Part shown: positions 50,057 through 59,847 of the stretch, piece after piece
Layout: the number at the start of each line of letters is the position of its first letter
How positions within the stretch are numbered: the stretch's first letter is position 1
Origin: Nitrospirota bacterium
GTDB lineage: Bacteria; Nitrospirota; UBA9217
NCBI GenBank assembly: GCA_963840455.1
Contig: CAWIYV010000011.1
Coordinates: 128,001 to 192,000, forward strand
Direction: 5' to 3'
Length of the DNA stretch: 64,000 nt
Notes under the pieces: generated by a model
Seen by the model: only the letters and a program-made list of their open reading frames with translations
Told to the model about the DNA's origin: nothing
Databases searched by the model: none
Made by a program: the position numbers and the translations under genes

Positions 50057-50416
50057 ATGGAACGCATCCAGTTCATCCAGCACAAGGGGAAGAAGATCCT
50101 GCATCTCAATTTCGCGAACTGCTCGATCGATGAGGTCCTCCAGACCGTCGAGATGGCCAAGGCTGCCATCCGGACCCAGTCCCCCGGTTCCGTTCTCACG
50201 CTCACCGATGTGACGAACACCGCCTTCAATAGCAAGGTGTCCGAGGCCATGAAGGAGTTCGTGATCCACAACAAGCCCTATGTCGTTGCCGCCGCCGTCG
50301 TGGGCGTGACCGGCCTCAAGCAGGTCATCCTTAACGCCGTCATGAAGCTGAGCGGCAGGAAGCTCACCGCCTTCAATACCCTTGCCGAGGCAAAGGACTG
50401 GCTCGCAGTGCAGTAG
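50057..50416 (+). CDS. hypothetical protein (STAS/SpoIIAA-like)
   Basis: AGGAGG RBS; HKGKKILHLNF, LTLTDV, FNTLAEAKDWL. Confidence 0.75.
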   Translation: MERIQFIQHKGKKILHLNFANCSIDEVLQTVEMAKAAIRTQSPGSVLTLTDVTNTAFNSKVSEAMKEFVIHNKPYVVAAAVVGVTGLKQVILNAVMKLSGRKLTAFNTLAEAKDWLAVQ

Positions 50417-50523
50417 CCCCGCTATGCCCCCCGACTACGCCGATCTCGCCAACATCAAGGGAAAGGCTTTTTACCACAGAGATCATGAAAAGCACGAAGT
50501 ACTGCGAAAGAGCGGATTCCTGT

Positions 50524-50641
50524 ATTGAAGCTCCCTGCAGCAAGCTGCAGGGAATCTTCGATCCTCAAGGTAGTACGATTTATTCTAATCGCTCGCTAAC
50601 CCCGCAGCAAGCTACGGGGAATGCGCTCGCTCCTGGATTCA
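50524..50641 (+). repeat. double-hairpin REP/MITE-like element, copy 2
   Basis: CCCTGCAGCAAGCTGCAGGG and CCCCGCAGCAAGCTACGGGG hairpins. Confidence 0.88.
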
Positions 50642-50713
50642 GGCTTTCCTTCGTGACCTTCGTGGGCTTTGTGGTGAAGGTTCTCCTCGTCACCCCGCCC
50701 CGGCTGTTCCGCA

Positions 50714-52294
50714 TCAACGGCCCTTCGGCGATATCATGCTCATCGCCCGTTCTGCCAGCGCCGCGATGGTGAGTGACGGGTTCACACCCGGGTTCGCCGA
50801 TACCACTGATCCGTCGCAGATGTACAGTTCCTTGTAGCCGAACACGCGGTTGCCGCTGTCGATGACCCCTTCGCTCCGGTCCCTGCCCATCACCGCGCCG
50901 CCCAGGATGTGCGCCGTCGTCGGGATGCCGAGCAGCGTCTCGGAAAGCAGCACCATGGGCTTGCCTTTCACGATCCGGGCGTATTGCTCCGCCAGTTCCT
51001 TCGCCTCGGGGATGAACGCCGTGGGGGGATCGCCCCTGTCCTTCTCGGACCGAAGGCGCCAACGCCCGGCAACGAGTCGCAAGGTGCTGTCGATGGTGCG
51101 CATGTACAGCAGGATCTGCGTCTTCTCAGCCCAGTTACCGACGGAGTAAATTCTCAAATTTTCGACCGGATGGCGGACAAGGTCGTAGAGCATCTTCGCG
51201 ATGCGCGTGACCACGCTCTTGCCATGGGCCAGGGGAGCCATGAACAGCCGCCAGAATCCCGACCCCGACGGGTAGCGCACCGGTTCAAGGAAACTATGCT
51301 CGTCTGTTTGTAGGATGGACCCGATCGCGACGCCGTCGGAGAACTTCGTGGCCTTGTCGAAGGTCATGATGCCCATGAGGCTCTCGGAGTTCGTCCGCAC
51401 CCCCTGGCCGACGCGCCCCGAGAGCTCCGGCAGGGACGACTTCCCGAGCTTCGCCAGGAGCTTCACCGTGCCGAGCACTCCGCCGCTGAACACCACGCCG
51501 CGGCAGGTAGCGGATCCCTGCCTCCCCATCCATGCGGTCGATGATCGCCACCTGACGCAATATCCCTCGGATCCGTCCGCCTTCCCCAAGGGTGCCACGT
51601 CCACGGCCTCTGATTCCGGCTGGATCTTTACGCCATGCTGTTCCGCAAGGTAGAGGTAGTTCTTGTCCAGGGTGTTCTTGGCATTGAAGCGGCAGCCTAC
51701 CATGCAGCCGCCGCAGAAGCTGCATCCTGCCCGCTCCGGCCCCTTTCCGCCGAAGTAGGGGTCGGGCACTGTTACCTCGGGCTCGCCGAAGAACACCGCT
51801 GTCGTCGTCGGGCCGAACGTGCCGGCCTGCCCCCTGTCTGCGGCGAGCTTTTCCAGCGCCCGGTCTCCGGGCTCGAGGCGCGGATTCGGCACGGCGCCGA
51901 GCATGGTGAGCACGGTCTGATAATGCGGGGCAAGCTCTTGCTCCCAGTCTGCCAGGCCCGCCCAGCTAGCCGACCGGAAGAACTCCTTCGGCGGCACCTG
52001 CAGCGCGTTGGCGTACACCAGGGAGCCGCCGCCCACACCAACGCCGGAAAGCACCGTGAGGTGCCGGAACAGGGTGATGCGGAAGAACCCGAAGAACCGC
52101 AGGGCCGGGACCCACAGCCACTTCCGGAGGTTCCAGTTCCGTTTCGGGAAGTCCTGTGCCGACAGCCGCTTTCCCTTTTCGAGGACCAGCACCCGGTAGC
52201 CCTTTTCGGACAGGCGGAGCGCCGCCACCGAGCCGCCGAAGCCGGAACCAATGACAATGTAGTCATGATCGTATAGCCGTCCTGGGGTCATCAT
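50714..52294 (-). CDS. GMC oxidoreductase (cholesterol oxidase ChoD-like)
   Basis: VIGSGFGG, GVGGGSLVYAN, CGGCMVGC, TAHILGG, PGVNPSLTIAALAER. Confidence 0.92.
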   Translation of the reverse strand: MMTPGRLYDHDYIVIGSGFGGSVAALRLSEKGYRVLVLEKGKRLSAQDFPKRNWNLRKWLWVPALRFFGFFRITLFRHLTVLSGVGVGGGSLVYANALQVPPKEFFRSASWAGLADWEQELAPHYQTVLTMLGAVPNPRLEPGDRALEKLAADRGQAGTFGPTTTAVFFGEPEVTVPDPYFGGKGPERAGCSFCGGCMVGCRFNAKNTLDKNYLYLAEQHGVKIQPESEAVDVAPLGKADGSEGYCVRWRSSTAWMGRQGSATCRGVVFSGGVLGTVKLLAKLGKSSLPELSGRVGQGVRTNSESLMGIMTFDKATKFSDGVAIGSILQTDEHSFLEPVRYPSGSGFWRLFMAPLAHGKSVVTRIAKMLYDLVRHPVENLRIYSVGNWAEKTQILLYMRTIDSTLRLVAGRWRLRSEKDRGDPPTAFIPEAKELAEQYARIVKGKPMVLLSETLLGIPTTAHILGGAVMGRDRSEGVIDSGNRVFGYKELYICDGSVVSANPGVNPSLTIAALAERAMSMISPKGR

Positions 52295-52381
52295 ACCGGC
52301 TGCAATTCTATCACTTGCGCGAGTTCTTTGCCAAGAGGAAAGGCGCAGGCCTTTGTCTTTCAAAAACCCCCTGCATCCCAG

Positions 52382-52932
52382 TGAATCCAGGAGCGAGCAA
52401 CGGCATCCTGCATGCTTAGTACAGCGGAGTTTCAGCGGTCCGGTTGAAGCTCCCAATTGAAACTGCTTTGGAGCTTCGATCCCCAAGGCATTAAGCTATT
52501 CTAATCGCTCGCTATTCCCACAAAGAACAGCCGGGAATGCGCTCGCTCCTGGATTCGCACTGCGCTGCAGGCATGCAGTTTGTCTGTGGTTTCCTTTTCT
52601 ACTCTATCCTATCCTCAGGCACTTCCGCTGACGCACGCGCTGGAAGCGATACGGTGATTCTGCCGATGCTGCTCCGCGATGCATGCTTGTGCGCGGACAG
52701 TGCTCACGGACCGCAGGGGCTTTTGGAACTGCGAGAATCTAAGGTCTTGAACCTGCCCCACCCCAACACCGGGCAGCCCGGCTGCGACGACTGTGCGTAT
52801 GCATGCCCTTTCACGGATCGAACAGGAACAGATCCCAAAGCAGCGCGGCCGCAGGGGAAGCGCTGCAGGAAATGCAAGATCAGGATAGAGCGAGCAACGG
52901 CATCCTGCATGCTGAGCACAGCGGAGCAGCGG
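52382..52932. repeat. mosaic repeat cluster including degenerate copy 3 (52444-52556)
   Basis: Inverted element end GAATCCAGGAGCGAGC near 52383; GAGCGAGCAACGGCATCCTGCATGCT repeated near 52391 and 52888. Confidence 0.75.
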
Positions 52933-53039
52933 GCTGCCCAAAAAAGAGCCCTGTTTTTTCGACGGTCTGCGTCATTGCTGCGCATGCGGATATCATCGCC
53001 GGCGTTGCGTAAACGGTATTCCGGTGCTATCTTTGAACC

Positions 53040-53876
53040 ATGTACCGCAAGGTCCTCGCCGCCGTGAACGAGCATGTGAACTCCGAGGTGGCCGCCCGCT
53101 ATGCCATGCACCTGGCCAGGGCCGCCGGGGCCAAACTCTTCCTCTACTCTGTCAGGCAGCCGGGACAGACGGAGGCGGCCTTCGAGCTCGCCCGGGACGC
53201 ATCGAAGCGCCTCCAGCACCGTGCACGGGAGATTGACATCGATGCCGAGTGCCTGTTCGAGGCGGGCGATCCTGTGGAGAAGATCCGCGCGATCGTCCTC
53301 GCCGAAGGCATCGACCTCGTCTTCACCGCCACCCGCCGGGAGGACGTCAACCACCATCTCATCAAGGGGGGCACCACGGCGCGGAGGCTCCTGCCCGGCC
53401 TCCCCTGCTCCGTGGCGCTCGTCCGTGTCGTGCACATGGGCAGGACCCACCCCCGGGAGATCCTCGTCGCACTCAAGAAACAGATCGATCACATCCCCGA
53501 GCGCTCCGAGTTCACCGCCCTGCTTGCAAAGGCCTTCGAGGCCAGGGTCCATCTCTTTCATGTGACCAGGCCTGTGAAGAAGTTCTTCCACGGCGAGATG
53601 CACCTGACCCCCGTGGAATGGGAGGAAAAGGTCCCACCCGACATGTCCCGCTTCATCAGCCACCTTGATGGCTACGGTGTGGATCACGAGAAGCGGCTTT
53701 CGCCGGGCAAGGCGGGAAAGAGCATCGCCATCGAGGCCGCGTCCCGAAGGCGGGACCTGATCGTCATGGGCGCCAGCGAGCGGGGTATCATTGACCAGCT
53801 CCTGCACCGGACGCCGGTGGAGGAGGTCCTGCGGGAAACGCCGTGCAATCTCATCATCCTGAAGCCGGGTGTGTGA
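53040..53876 (+). CDS. tandem universal stress protein
   Basis: MYRKVLAAV, DLIVMGA, VEEVLRETPCNLIILK. Confidence 0.9.
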   Translation: MYRKVLAAVNEHVNSEVAARYAMHLARAAGAKLFLYSVRQPGQTEAAFELARDASKRLQHRAREIDIDAECLFEAGDPVEKIRAIVLAEGIDLVFTATRREDVNHHLIKGGTTARRLLPGLPCSVALVRVVHMGRTHPREILVALKKQIDHIPERSEFTALLAKAFEARVHLFHVTRPVKKFFHGEMHLTPVEWEEKVPPDMSRFISHLDGYGVDHEKRLSPGKAGKSIAIEAASRRRDLIVMGASERGIIDQLLHRTPVEEVLRETPCNLIILKPGV

Positions 53877-54096
53877 CGTGAAAACTGACACGGGGACACG
53901 GGGACGCGGGGACGGGGAGAAACAATAATACCGTTTGCTCTTTGAACACCAATGAACGTTCTTCCGAATTCTCAAATGCTCATGTACCTTCCTGCATTAC
54001 CACTACAAACCGTGTTTATCCATTGTTACTCATGTTGTATTTCGCTTTCTCTCTGCGCCTCTGTGACTCTGTGGCAGACGGTAATATCCTGATACC

Positions 54097-56733
54097 ATGA
54101 AGATCAACGAACTCACCCGGGAAGATATCTTCCGCACTCTCGTCACCTCCGAACAGGGGTTGTCCGAGGATGAGGCAGGCCGGCGCCTTGCCGAGTTCGG
54201 GCCGAACGCCATCACGGCTGCCCGGAAGCGTCCGCTCTGGCTCCGGTTCCTCGGCCAGTTCACTCATTTCCTCGCCGTGCTCCTTTGGGTCGCCGCGGGC
54301 CTATCGTTCCTTTCGGAATATCTGCACCCCGGCGAAGGCATGTATACCCTGGGCTTTGCCATCTTCGGCGTCATCGTGATCAACGCCGTCTTTACCTTCA
54401 TCCAGGAATACCGCGCCGAAAAAGCGCTCGAGGCGCTCAAGAAGCTCTTGCCCTTCCATGTCACGGTCTGCCGCGGCGGCCAAGAACGCGAGCTCCCTGC
54501 TGAGAATGTGGTCCCGGGGGATATCATCAGGATCGCCGAGGGCGACAAGGTCCCGGCGGACCTCCGGCTCATTGAAGCCAATGACCTCCGGGCGAACAAC
54601 GCGTCGCTCACCGGCGAGTCCGAGCCGGTACTGCGCGAGACCAGGCCGTCCCCGGGCGACCCCATTAACAGCCCAAACATTGCCTTCGCCGGCACCACGG
54701 TGGTGAACGGCAGCGGCAGCGGCGTGGTATACGCAACAGGCATGCGAACGGAGTTCGGCAGGATCGCCCAGCTGACAGGCACCGTGACCCCCGGGCTCTC
54801 GCCCCTCCAGAAGGAGATCGTGAGGGCGACGCGGCTCGTTGCCGCCATTGCCGGGGGCGTAGGCATCCTTTTTTTCATCATTGGATTCTTCATCGGCCGG
54901 GACTTCTGGGACAATTTCATCTTCGGCGTGGGCATCAGTGTTGCGCTCATCCCGGAGGGCATGCTGCCCACGGTCACGCTCGCCCTGGCAATGGGCAGCC
55001 AGCGCATGGCAAAGCGCAACGCGCTCATCAAGACCCTTACGTCCGTGGAGACCCTCGGCTCGGTCTCGGTCATCTGCACCGACAAGACCGGCACCCTCAC
55101 GCAGAACCGCATGGAGGTCAAGGAGGCCACGGGTCTCGGGAAGATGAACGGGTCAGCGAGGGAGATGCTCTTCACGGTGGCTTTGCACTGCAACAATACG
55201 AAGGAGGTAGCAGGCGAGCTCAAGGGCGAACCCACCGAGATGGCGCTGTATCGCGCCGCCCGCGAGGTGCTGGGGAGCAAGCCCGGTAGGCGGGTCCGCG
55301 AGTTCCCCTTCGACCCTGACCGCAAGAGAATGAGCACCGTTATCGAGATGAACAGTTCGACCTTCGTCCTGGCCAAGGGTGCGCCGGAAAGCGTCCTGGC
55401 GGTCTGCACCCATGCCCGCAAGGACGGGGGGACGGTCCCCTTCGACGAGGCGCTGAAGCAGGAGGCCACGCGCCTGTTCCATGCCCTCATGGACAAGGGA
55501 CTTCGCGTTCTTGCTTTCGCCGAGCGTGAGAGCAGGACAGGAGAGGACGTAGCGAACAAGGAAACCGCCGAGCAGGCCATGGTCTTTGACGGCTTCATCG
55601 GCCTCGAAGACCCGCCACGGCCCGAGGTGCCCGACGCGCTCCGGAAGTGCCGCGAAGCAGGCGTCCGCATCATCATGATCACCGGCGATGCGTCGAGGAC
55701 GGCCGTTGCCATCGCCCGCGAGATCGGGCTCGTTACGCGCGAACCCGTGGTGGTCGAGGGCGCGGAGTTCACGCGCCTATCGGACCAGGACCTGCGGAAC
55801 GTACTTGCGAAACCCGAGGTGCTCTTCACCCGCATGACGCCCAAGTACAAGCTCCGGGTGGTGAACACGCTCAAGGACCAGGGCGAGCGCGTTGCCGTGA
55901 CCGGCGATGGAGTGAACGACGCGCCGGCGCTGAAGCGCGCCGATATCGGCATCGCCATGGGAATCACCGGCACGGACGTCGCGAAGGAATCCGCGGACAT
56001 GGTTCTGCTGGACGACAACTTCGCCACGATCGTGAACGCCATCGAAGAGGGCAGGGGCGTTTACGAGAACATCAAGAAGTTCATCACCTACATCTTCGCG
56101 TCCAATATCCCCGAGGCGGTGCCGTACCTCGCTTATATCCTGTTCCGCATCCCGCTGCCGCTGACGATCATGCAGATCCTCGCCGTTGACCTCGGCACGG
56201 ACATGCTCCCTGCCCTCGCCCTGGGCTCGGAAAAACCCACGCCCGGCGTGATGAAGCTTCCGCCGCGCAAACCAGATGAGCGGCTCATCGGGCTTGCGCT
56301 CATCTCGCGGGCATACCTCTTCCTCGGCATGATCGAGGCGGTTGCCTGCATGTTCGGATTCTTCTGGATCCTCCGGAAAGGCGGATGGGCATGGGGAACG
56401 GACCTTCCAGGGACGGACCCGCTCTATCTCCAGGCGACCACAGCCTGCCTCACGGCCATCATCGTGACCCAGATGGCGAACGTCTTCGCTTGCCGGTCAC
56501 TGCGGGAATCGATATTTACCGTCGGCTGGACGACCAACCGGCTCATCTTCCTCGGTCTCGCTGTAGAGCTCGGACTCCAGCTCTTCATCGTCTACCATCC
56601 CTGGGGCCATGCGGTCTTCAGCACTGCGCCGCTGCCGTTCAGCGCCTGGCTCGTGCTCATCCCCTTTGCCGCCGCGCTGCTGCTGGCCGAAGAGACGCGG
56701 AAGTTCGCCGTCCGGCGCATAGCAGTGCGATGA
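54097..56733 (+). CDS. type II cation-transporting P-type ATPase
   Basis: LTGES, IPEGML, DKTGTLT, KGAPE, MITGD, TGDGVNDAPAL. Confidence 0.95.
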   Translation: MKINELTREDIFRTLVTSEQGLSEDEAGRRLAEFGPNAITAARKRPLWLRFLGQFTHFLAVLLWVAAGLSFLSEYLHPGEGMYTLGFAIFGVIVINAVFTFIQEYRAEKALEALKKLLPFHVTVCRGGQERELPAENVVPGDIIRIAEGDKVPADLRLIEANDLRANNASLTGESEPVLRETRPSPGDPINSPNIAFAGTTVVNGSGSGVVYATGMRTEFGRIAQLTGTVTPGLSPLQKEIVRATRLVAAIAGGVGILFFIIGFFIGRDFWDNFIFGVGISVALIPEGMLPTVTLALAMGSQRMAKRNALIKTLTSVETLGSVSVICTDKTGTLTQNRMEVKEATGLGKMNGSAREMLFTVALHCNNTKEVAGELKGEPTEMALYRAAREVLGSKPGRRVREFPFDPDRKRMSTVIEMNSSTFVLAKGAPESVLAVCTHARKDGGTVPFDEALKQEATRLFHALMDKGLRVLAFAERESRTGEDVANKETAEQAMVFDGFIGLEDPPRPEVPDALRKCREAGVRIIMITGDASRTAVAIAREIGLVTREPVVVEGAEFTRLSDQDLRNVLAKPEVLFTRMTPKYKLRVVNTLKDQGERVAVTGDGVNDAPALKRADIGIAMGITGTDVAKESADMVLLDDNFATIVNAIEEGRGVYENIKKFITYIFASNIPEAVPYLAYILFRIPLPLTIMQILAVDLGTDMLPALALGSEKPTPGVMKLPPRKPDERLIGLALISRAYLFLGMIEAVACMFGFFWILRKGGWAWGTDLPGTDPLYLQATTACLTAIIVTQMANVFACRSLRESIFTVGWTTNRLIFLGLAVELGLQLFIVYHPWGHAVFSTAPLPFSAWLVLIPFAAALLLAEETRKFAVRRIAVR

Positions 56734-56873
56734 TACTGGCTATCTCCGAGCTCGAAGAATGACATGACCGGTCATTTTCTCCATAATAAGGAATGAAAAA
56801 GATCTACTTCCCCGTCGAAGCCCGACCTCGAAAGCTTGCATCGGGGGCGCCTTCGCGGTAAAATACTTCTGCC

Positions 56874-56991
56874 ATTGAAGCTCCCTGCAGCAAGCTGCAG
56901 GGAATCTTCGATCCTCATGGTAGTAATATGTGTCCTAATCGCTTGCTAATCCCTGCATGAAGCTGCGGGGAATGCGCTCGCTCCTGGATTC
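56874..56991 (+). repeat. double-hairpin REP/MITE-like element, copy 4
   Basis: Highly similar to 50524-50641. Confidence 0.88.
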
Positions 56992-57032
56992 TTTTGAGAA
57001 CATATCATCCCCGGAAGCCGGTATCGCACCCC

Positions 57033-57854
57033 ATGTCCCAGATCAAGAACCCCCTTGAACTCTACAAACATCTGCCGAAGACCAACTGCGGCGACTGCGG
57101 GATATCGACCTGCCTTGCCTTTGCCGCTGCAATCATCAAAAAGGAAAAACAGCTCGCCGACTGCCCCCATATCCACCGGGACCTTGCTGCCGGCCTCGAG
57201 GGACGGGTCGGCAGACAGGTGAATATCGAGAGCATCCGGGAGGAACAGGTGAAGGAGCTGAGGAAGAAGATCGAGACCATCGATATTGGTTCTCGGGCGA
57301 AGCTGCTGGGAGCGAGAAACAACGGCAGGACGATAACCATCAAATGCCTTGGCAAGGACTTCGAGGTCGATGGGCAGGGCCATGTGGCCTCGCAGTGCCA
57401 TACCCATGCGTGGTTCTCGTTGCCGCTGCTCGACTACATCCTGCATGCCCAGGGCAGGGACATAGCCGGAAGGTGGGTCCCCTTCCGGGAACTGGAGAAC
57501 GGCAAGACCTGGAACCCGCTGTTCGAGCAGCGGTGCGAGAAGCCGCTGAAGCTGATCGCAGACGCCTACAGCGACCTTTTCGAGGACCTGGTGACGATGT
57601 TCAGCGGCACATCGTCCTTCAATAATTTCAGCTCCGATATCTCCGTGGTGCTCTATCCCTTTCCCAAGGTGCCGGTCCTGATCTGCTACTGGAAACCCGA
57701 GGACGACATCGGGTCGAAGCTCCACCTGTTCTTCGACGACACCGCCGAAAAGAACCTGCACATCGAGTCGCTCTTCACGCTCGGGACCGGCCTGGTCCGC
57801 ATGTTAGAGAAGATCATGCACCGGCATACGGACGGCAAGAGCGACTTGTCCTGA
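57033..57854 (+). CDS. DUF3786 protein with an N-terminal Fe-S cluster domain
   Basis: LPKTNCGDCG..TCLAFA...CP; WVPFREL; PFPKVP..W..EDD. Confidence 0.85.
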   Translation: MSQIKNPLELYKHLPKTNCGDCGISTCLAFAAAIIKKEKQLADCPHIHRDLAAGLEGRVGRQVNIESIREEQVKELRKKIETIDIGSRAKLLGARNNGRTITIKCLGKDFEVDGQGHVASQCHTHAWFSLPLLDYILHAQGRDIAGRWVPFRELENGKTWNPLFEQRCEKPLKLIADAYSDLFEDLVTMFSGTSSFNNFSSDISVVLYPFPKVPVLICYWKPEDDIGSKLHLFFDDTAEKNLHIESLFTLGTGLVRMLEKIMHRHTDGKSDLS

Positions 57855-58162
57855 TAAAATACTTCCTCATAAATCAGCTTATACCTCACCTCTTTTATTC
57901 CTTTCCCCCCTTTCCTGATCTGCAAACCGGTATATGGGGAGATCCAATTTACCTAACCGGCCATGAATGCGACCTGTTATTTATCAACAGCTTACGATGT
58001 ACATTTCTCCATTTCACGATAGGAAAAGACAAAAGTGGCCGTTGAACAAGACTCCTGTGCCTACCCTTTGTTAACTAGTTGCGCACATGCTTGACAATTG
58101 CCAATTCGGTGCTAAACTTGAACCAGGCAACAAAGGCTGTCGGGAAAGAGAGGTAATTAAAC

Positions 58163-58543
58163 ATGAAAAAGCTATTTACTTTTATAACACTGATGGTTTT
58201 CACTATAGCGATCAGCGTGGCGTATGCTGATGAGATAATTGCGTTCGGCAGCAATAAAGACATCGGCACCTTTCTCTATGAAGATACCTTTGCACCACGT
58301 GACACGGTTTTGGCAGACAAAGAGGCAGTAAGCTCGACTCCGGGAGGAGATGAAATACCCATGTTTGGTAGCAACAAAGATATTGGCACCATGCTCTATG
58401 AGGATGCATTTGCCGTACATGAGACGGCTATGGCGGGAAGAGACGCAAGAGGTTCTGCCGCGGGTGGTGTGGCAAATGTTGACGAGAACACCAGGATCTG
58501 GGATACACTTCTCAGCCCGGTGGGAGGTTCAGACCTTCCGTAG
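58163..58543 (+). CDS. small secreted hypothetical protein with an internal repeat
   Basis: Signal peptide ending AYA; two FGSNKDIGT.LYED.FA repeats; GSAAGG..DENTRIWD. Confidence 0.8.
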   Translation: MKKLFTFITLMVFTIAISVAYADEIIAFGSNKDIGTFLYEDTFAPRDTVLADKEAVSSTPGGDEIPMFGSNKDIGTMLYEDAFAVHETAMAGRDARGSAAGGVANVDENTRIWDTLLSPVGGSDLP

Positions 58544-58571
58544 TTAGATTATGTGCACCAAATGATTGATC

Positions 58572-58602
58572 AAAAGCAGGCCGGTTTCCGGCCTGCTTTT
58601 TT
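58572..58602. terminator. bidirectional Rho-independent terminator
   Basis: AAAAGCAGGCCGG-TTT-CCGGCCTGCTTTTTT. Confidence 0.85.
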
Positions 58603-58688
58603 ATTCTCCCGGATTTCGTGAGGCCTCCCGATTTATCAACGGTCCCCGTCCTTTGCCCTGCCTTTGCGATCCCCTCAGCCTGTCTATC

Positions 58689-58787
58689 CTACCACCGCTC
58701 CTTGTGCACCCGCGCTACGCCGAACCGGTCCGCCGGCTTTGCTGGGACAATCTTCTCGGCGCCCCCGGTGGATCTGATCTGCCATAG
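58689..58787. pseudogene. fused gene remnants (nitroreductase 3' end, minus strand; secreted-protein 3' end, plus strand)
   Basis: Minus strand PADRFGVARVHKERW* and plus strand WDNLLGAPGGSDLP*. Confidence 0.75.
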
Positions 58788-59286
58788 TTGGTCCACAGCC
58801 ATCTGATCAGGATCAGACGGGAACAACAGAGAAACATAACAGTTGATCATCGAGCAGACCGGATATCTAGCCTGCTTTTCTTTTGGAATACCGTGCTGCG
58901 ATCACGGGAAAAAACGTCCCGAACAGCCTTTTATAAGATTATCCGGTCAGTACCGTTAATGGTCTGTATTTTACCGGCCGAATCCAATGCCCTTTGATAG
59001 CACGTCCATTGATGTATCTGTTACTTTAGCTGCACTGATTTTTCCGTCTAATTCTCGGGTTCCCTAACAAGGTAAGCATGATCATTTTTTGCGCATTGTT
59101 AACATGCTATTACAAGCACAACAAGGGGGGTCCGACTAATGCATTACCCATCAATGACCGTTCCAAGAACTGCCCTTGACAAACTGTAAGTAAGTGCTAA
59201 CATTACATTAGACTATAATATACAGTTAAGAAAAGAGGTGAGGAAAGCTGAATAACTGCATAGTTAAGGAAAAGAGGTGATTTGTA

Positions 59287-59675
59287 TGAAGAGGACCATA
59301 ACCATAGTAGCAGCAATGGTGCTCGTCCTCGCCTTCGTGACGGCCTTCGCAGATGAAATGCCGATCTTGACGACGGTGAGCAAGGATGCCGGGAACATGC
59401 TGTACCTTGAAGAGGCGCCGGGACACGCGCACACAAAGCGGTTCCAGGGGGACCTTTTTTACGAACCCAAGGATGTTCTCAGGCCAACGGCCAAGAAGGA
59501 TTTCAGCGCTCCTATCGTTGAGGAAAAACTCGTCGATTCGGGCACCGCTCTCTACGAGTCAGCATTCGAAACGAAGCCGGTAGGCATCACCGGAATGGCG
59601 GCAGGAGGTGTTGCTAGAGAGGACGAGAACACCAGGATCTGGGACAATCTCATGGGACCTCCAGGGGGTAATTAG
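59287..59675 (+). CDS. small secreted hypothetical protein, paralog of 58163-58543
   Basis: Signal peptide ending AFA-DE; GMAAGGVAREDENTRIWDNLM. Confidence 0.8.
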
Positions 59676-59730
59676 TAGCCCCAGAACCGCCATGAGCGAG
59701 GCGGTGAACAAATAACGCTCAGTGATGATC

Positions 59731-59823
59731 AAGCAGGCAGATGGTTGCCTGCTTTTTCTATTCTCTGAAAGCGCCCGGACCTTTCAAAAAAAAACGGCCG
59801 GCGATGGTCGCCCGGCCGTGTTT
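59731..59823. terminator. pair of terminators between convergent genes
   Basis: AGCAGGCA..TGCCTGCTTTTT and AAAAAAAACGGCCGG..CCGGCCGT. Confidence 0.7.
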
Positions 59824-59847
59824 TCATTCTCGTTCCATTCCCGACGA

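Noticed and set aside
52537-56042. ORFs 52537-53067, 52704-53975 and 54264-56042
   Set aside because: They overlap repeats or are antisense to the USP and ATPase genes; no recognisable domains.
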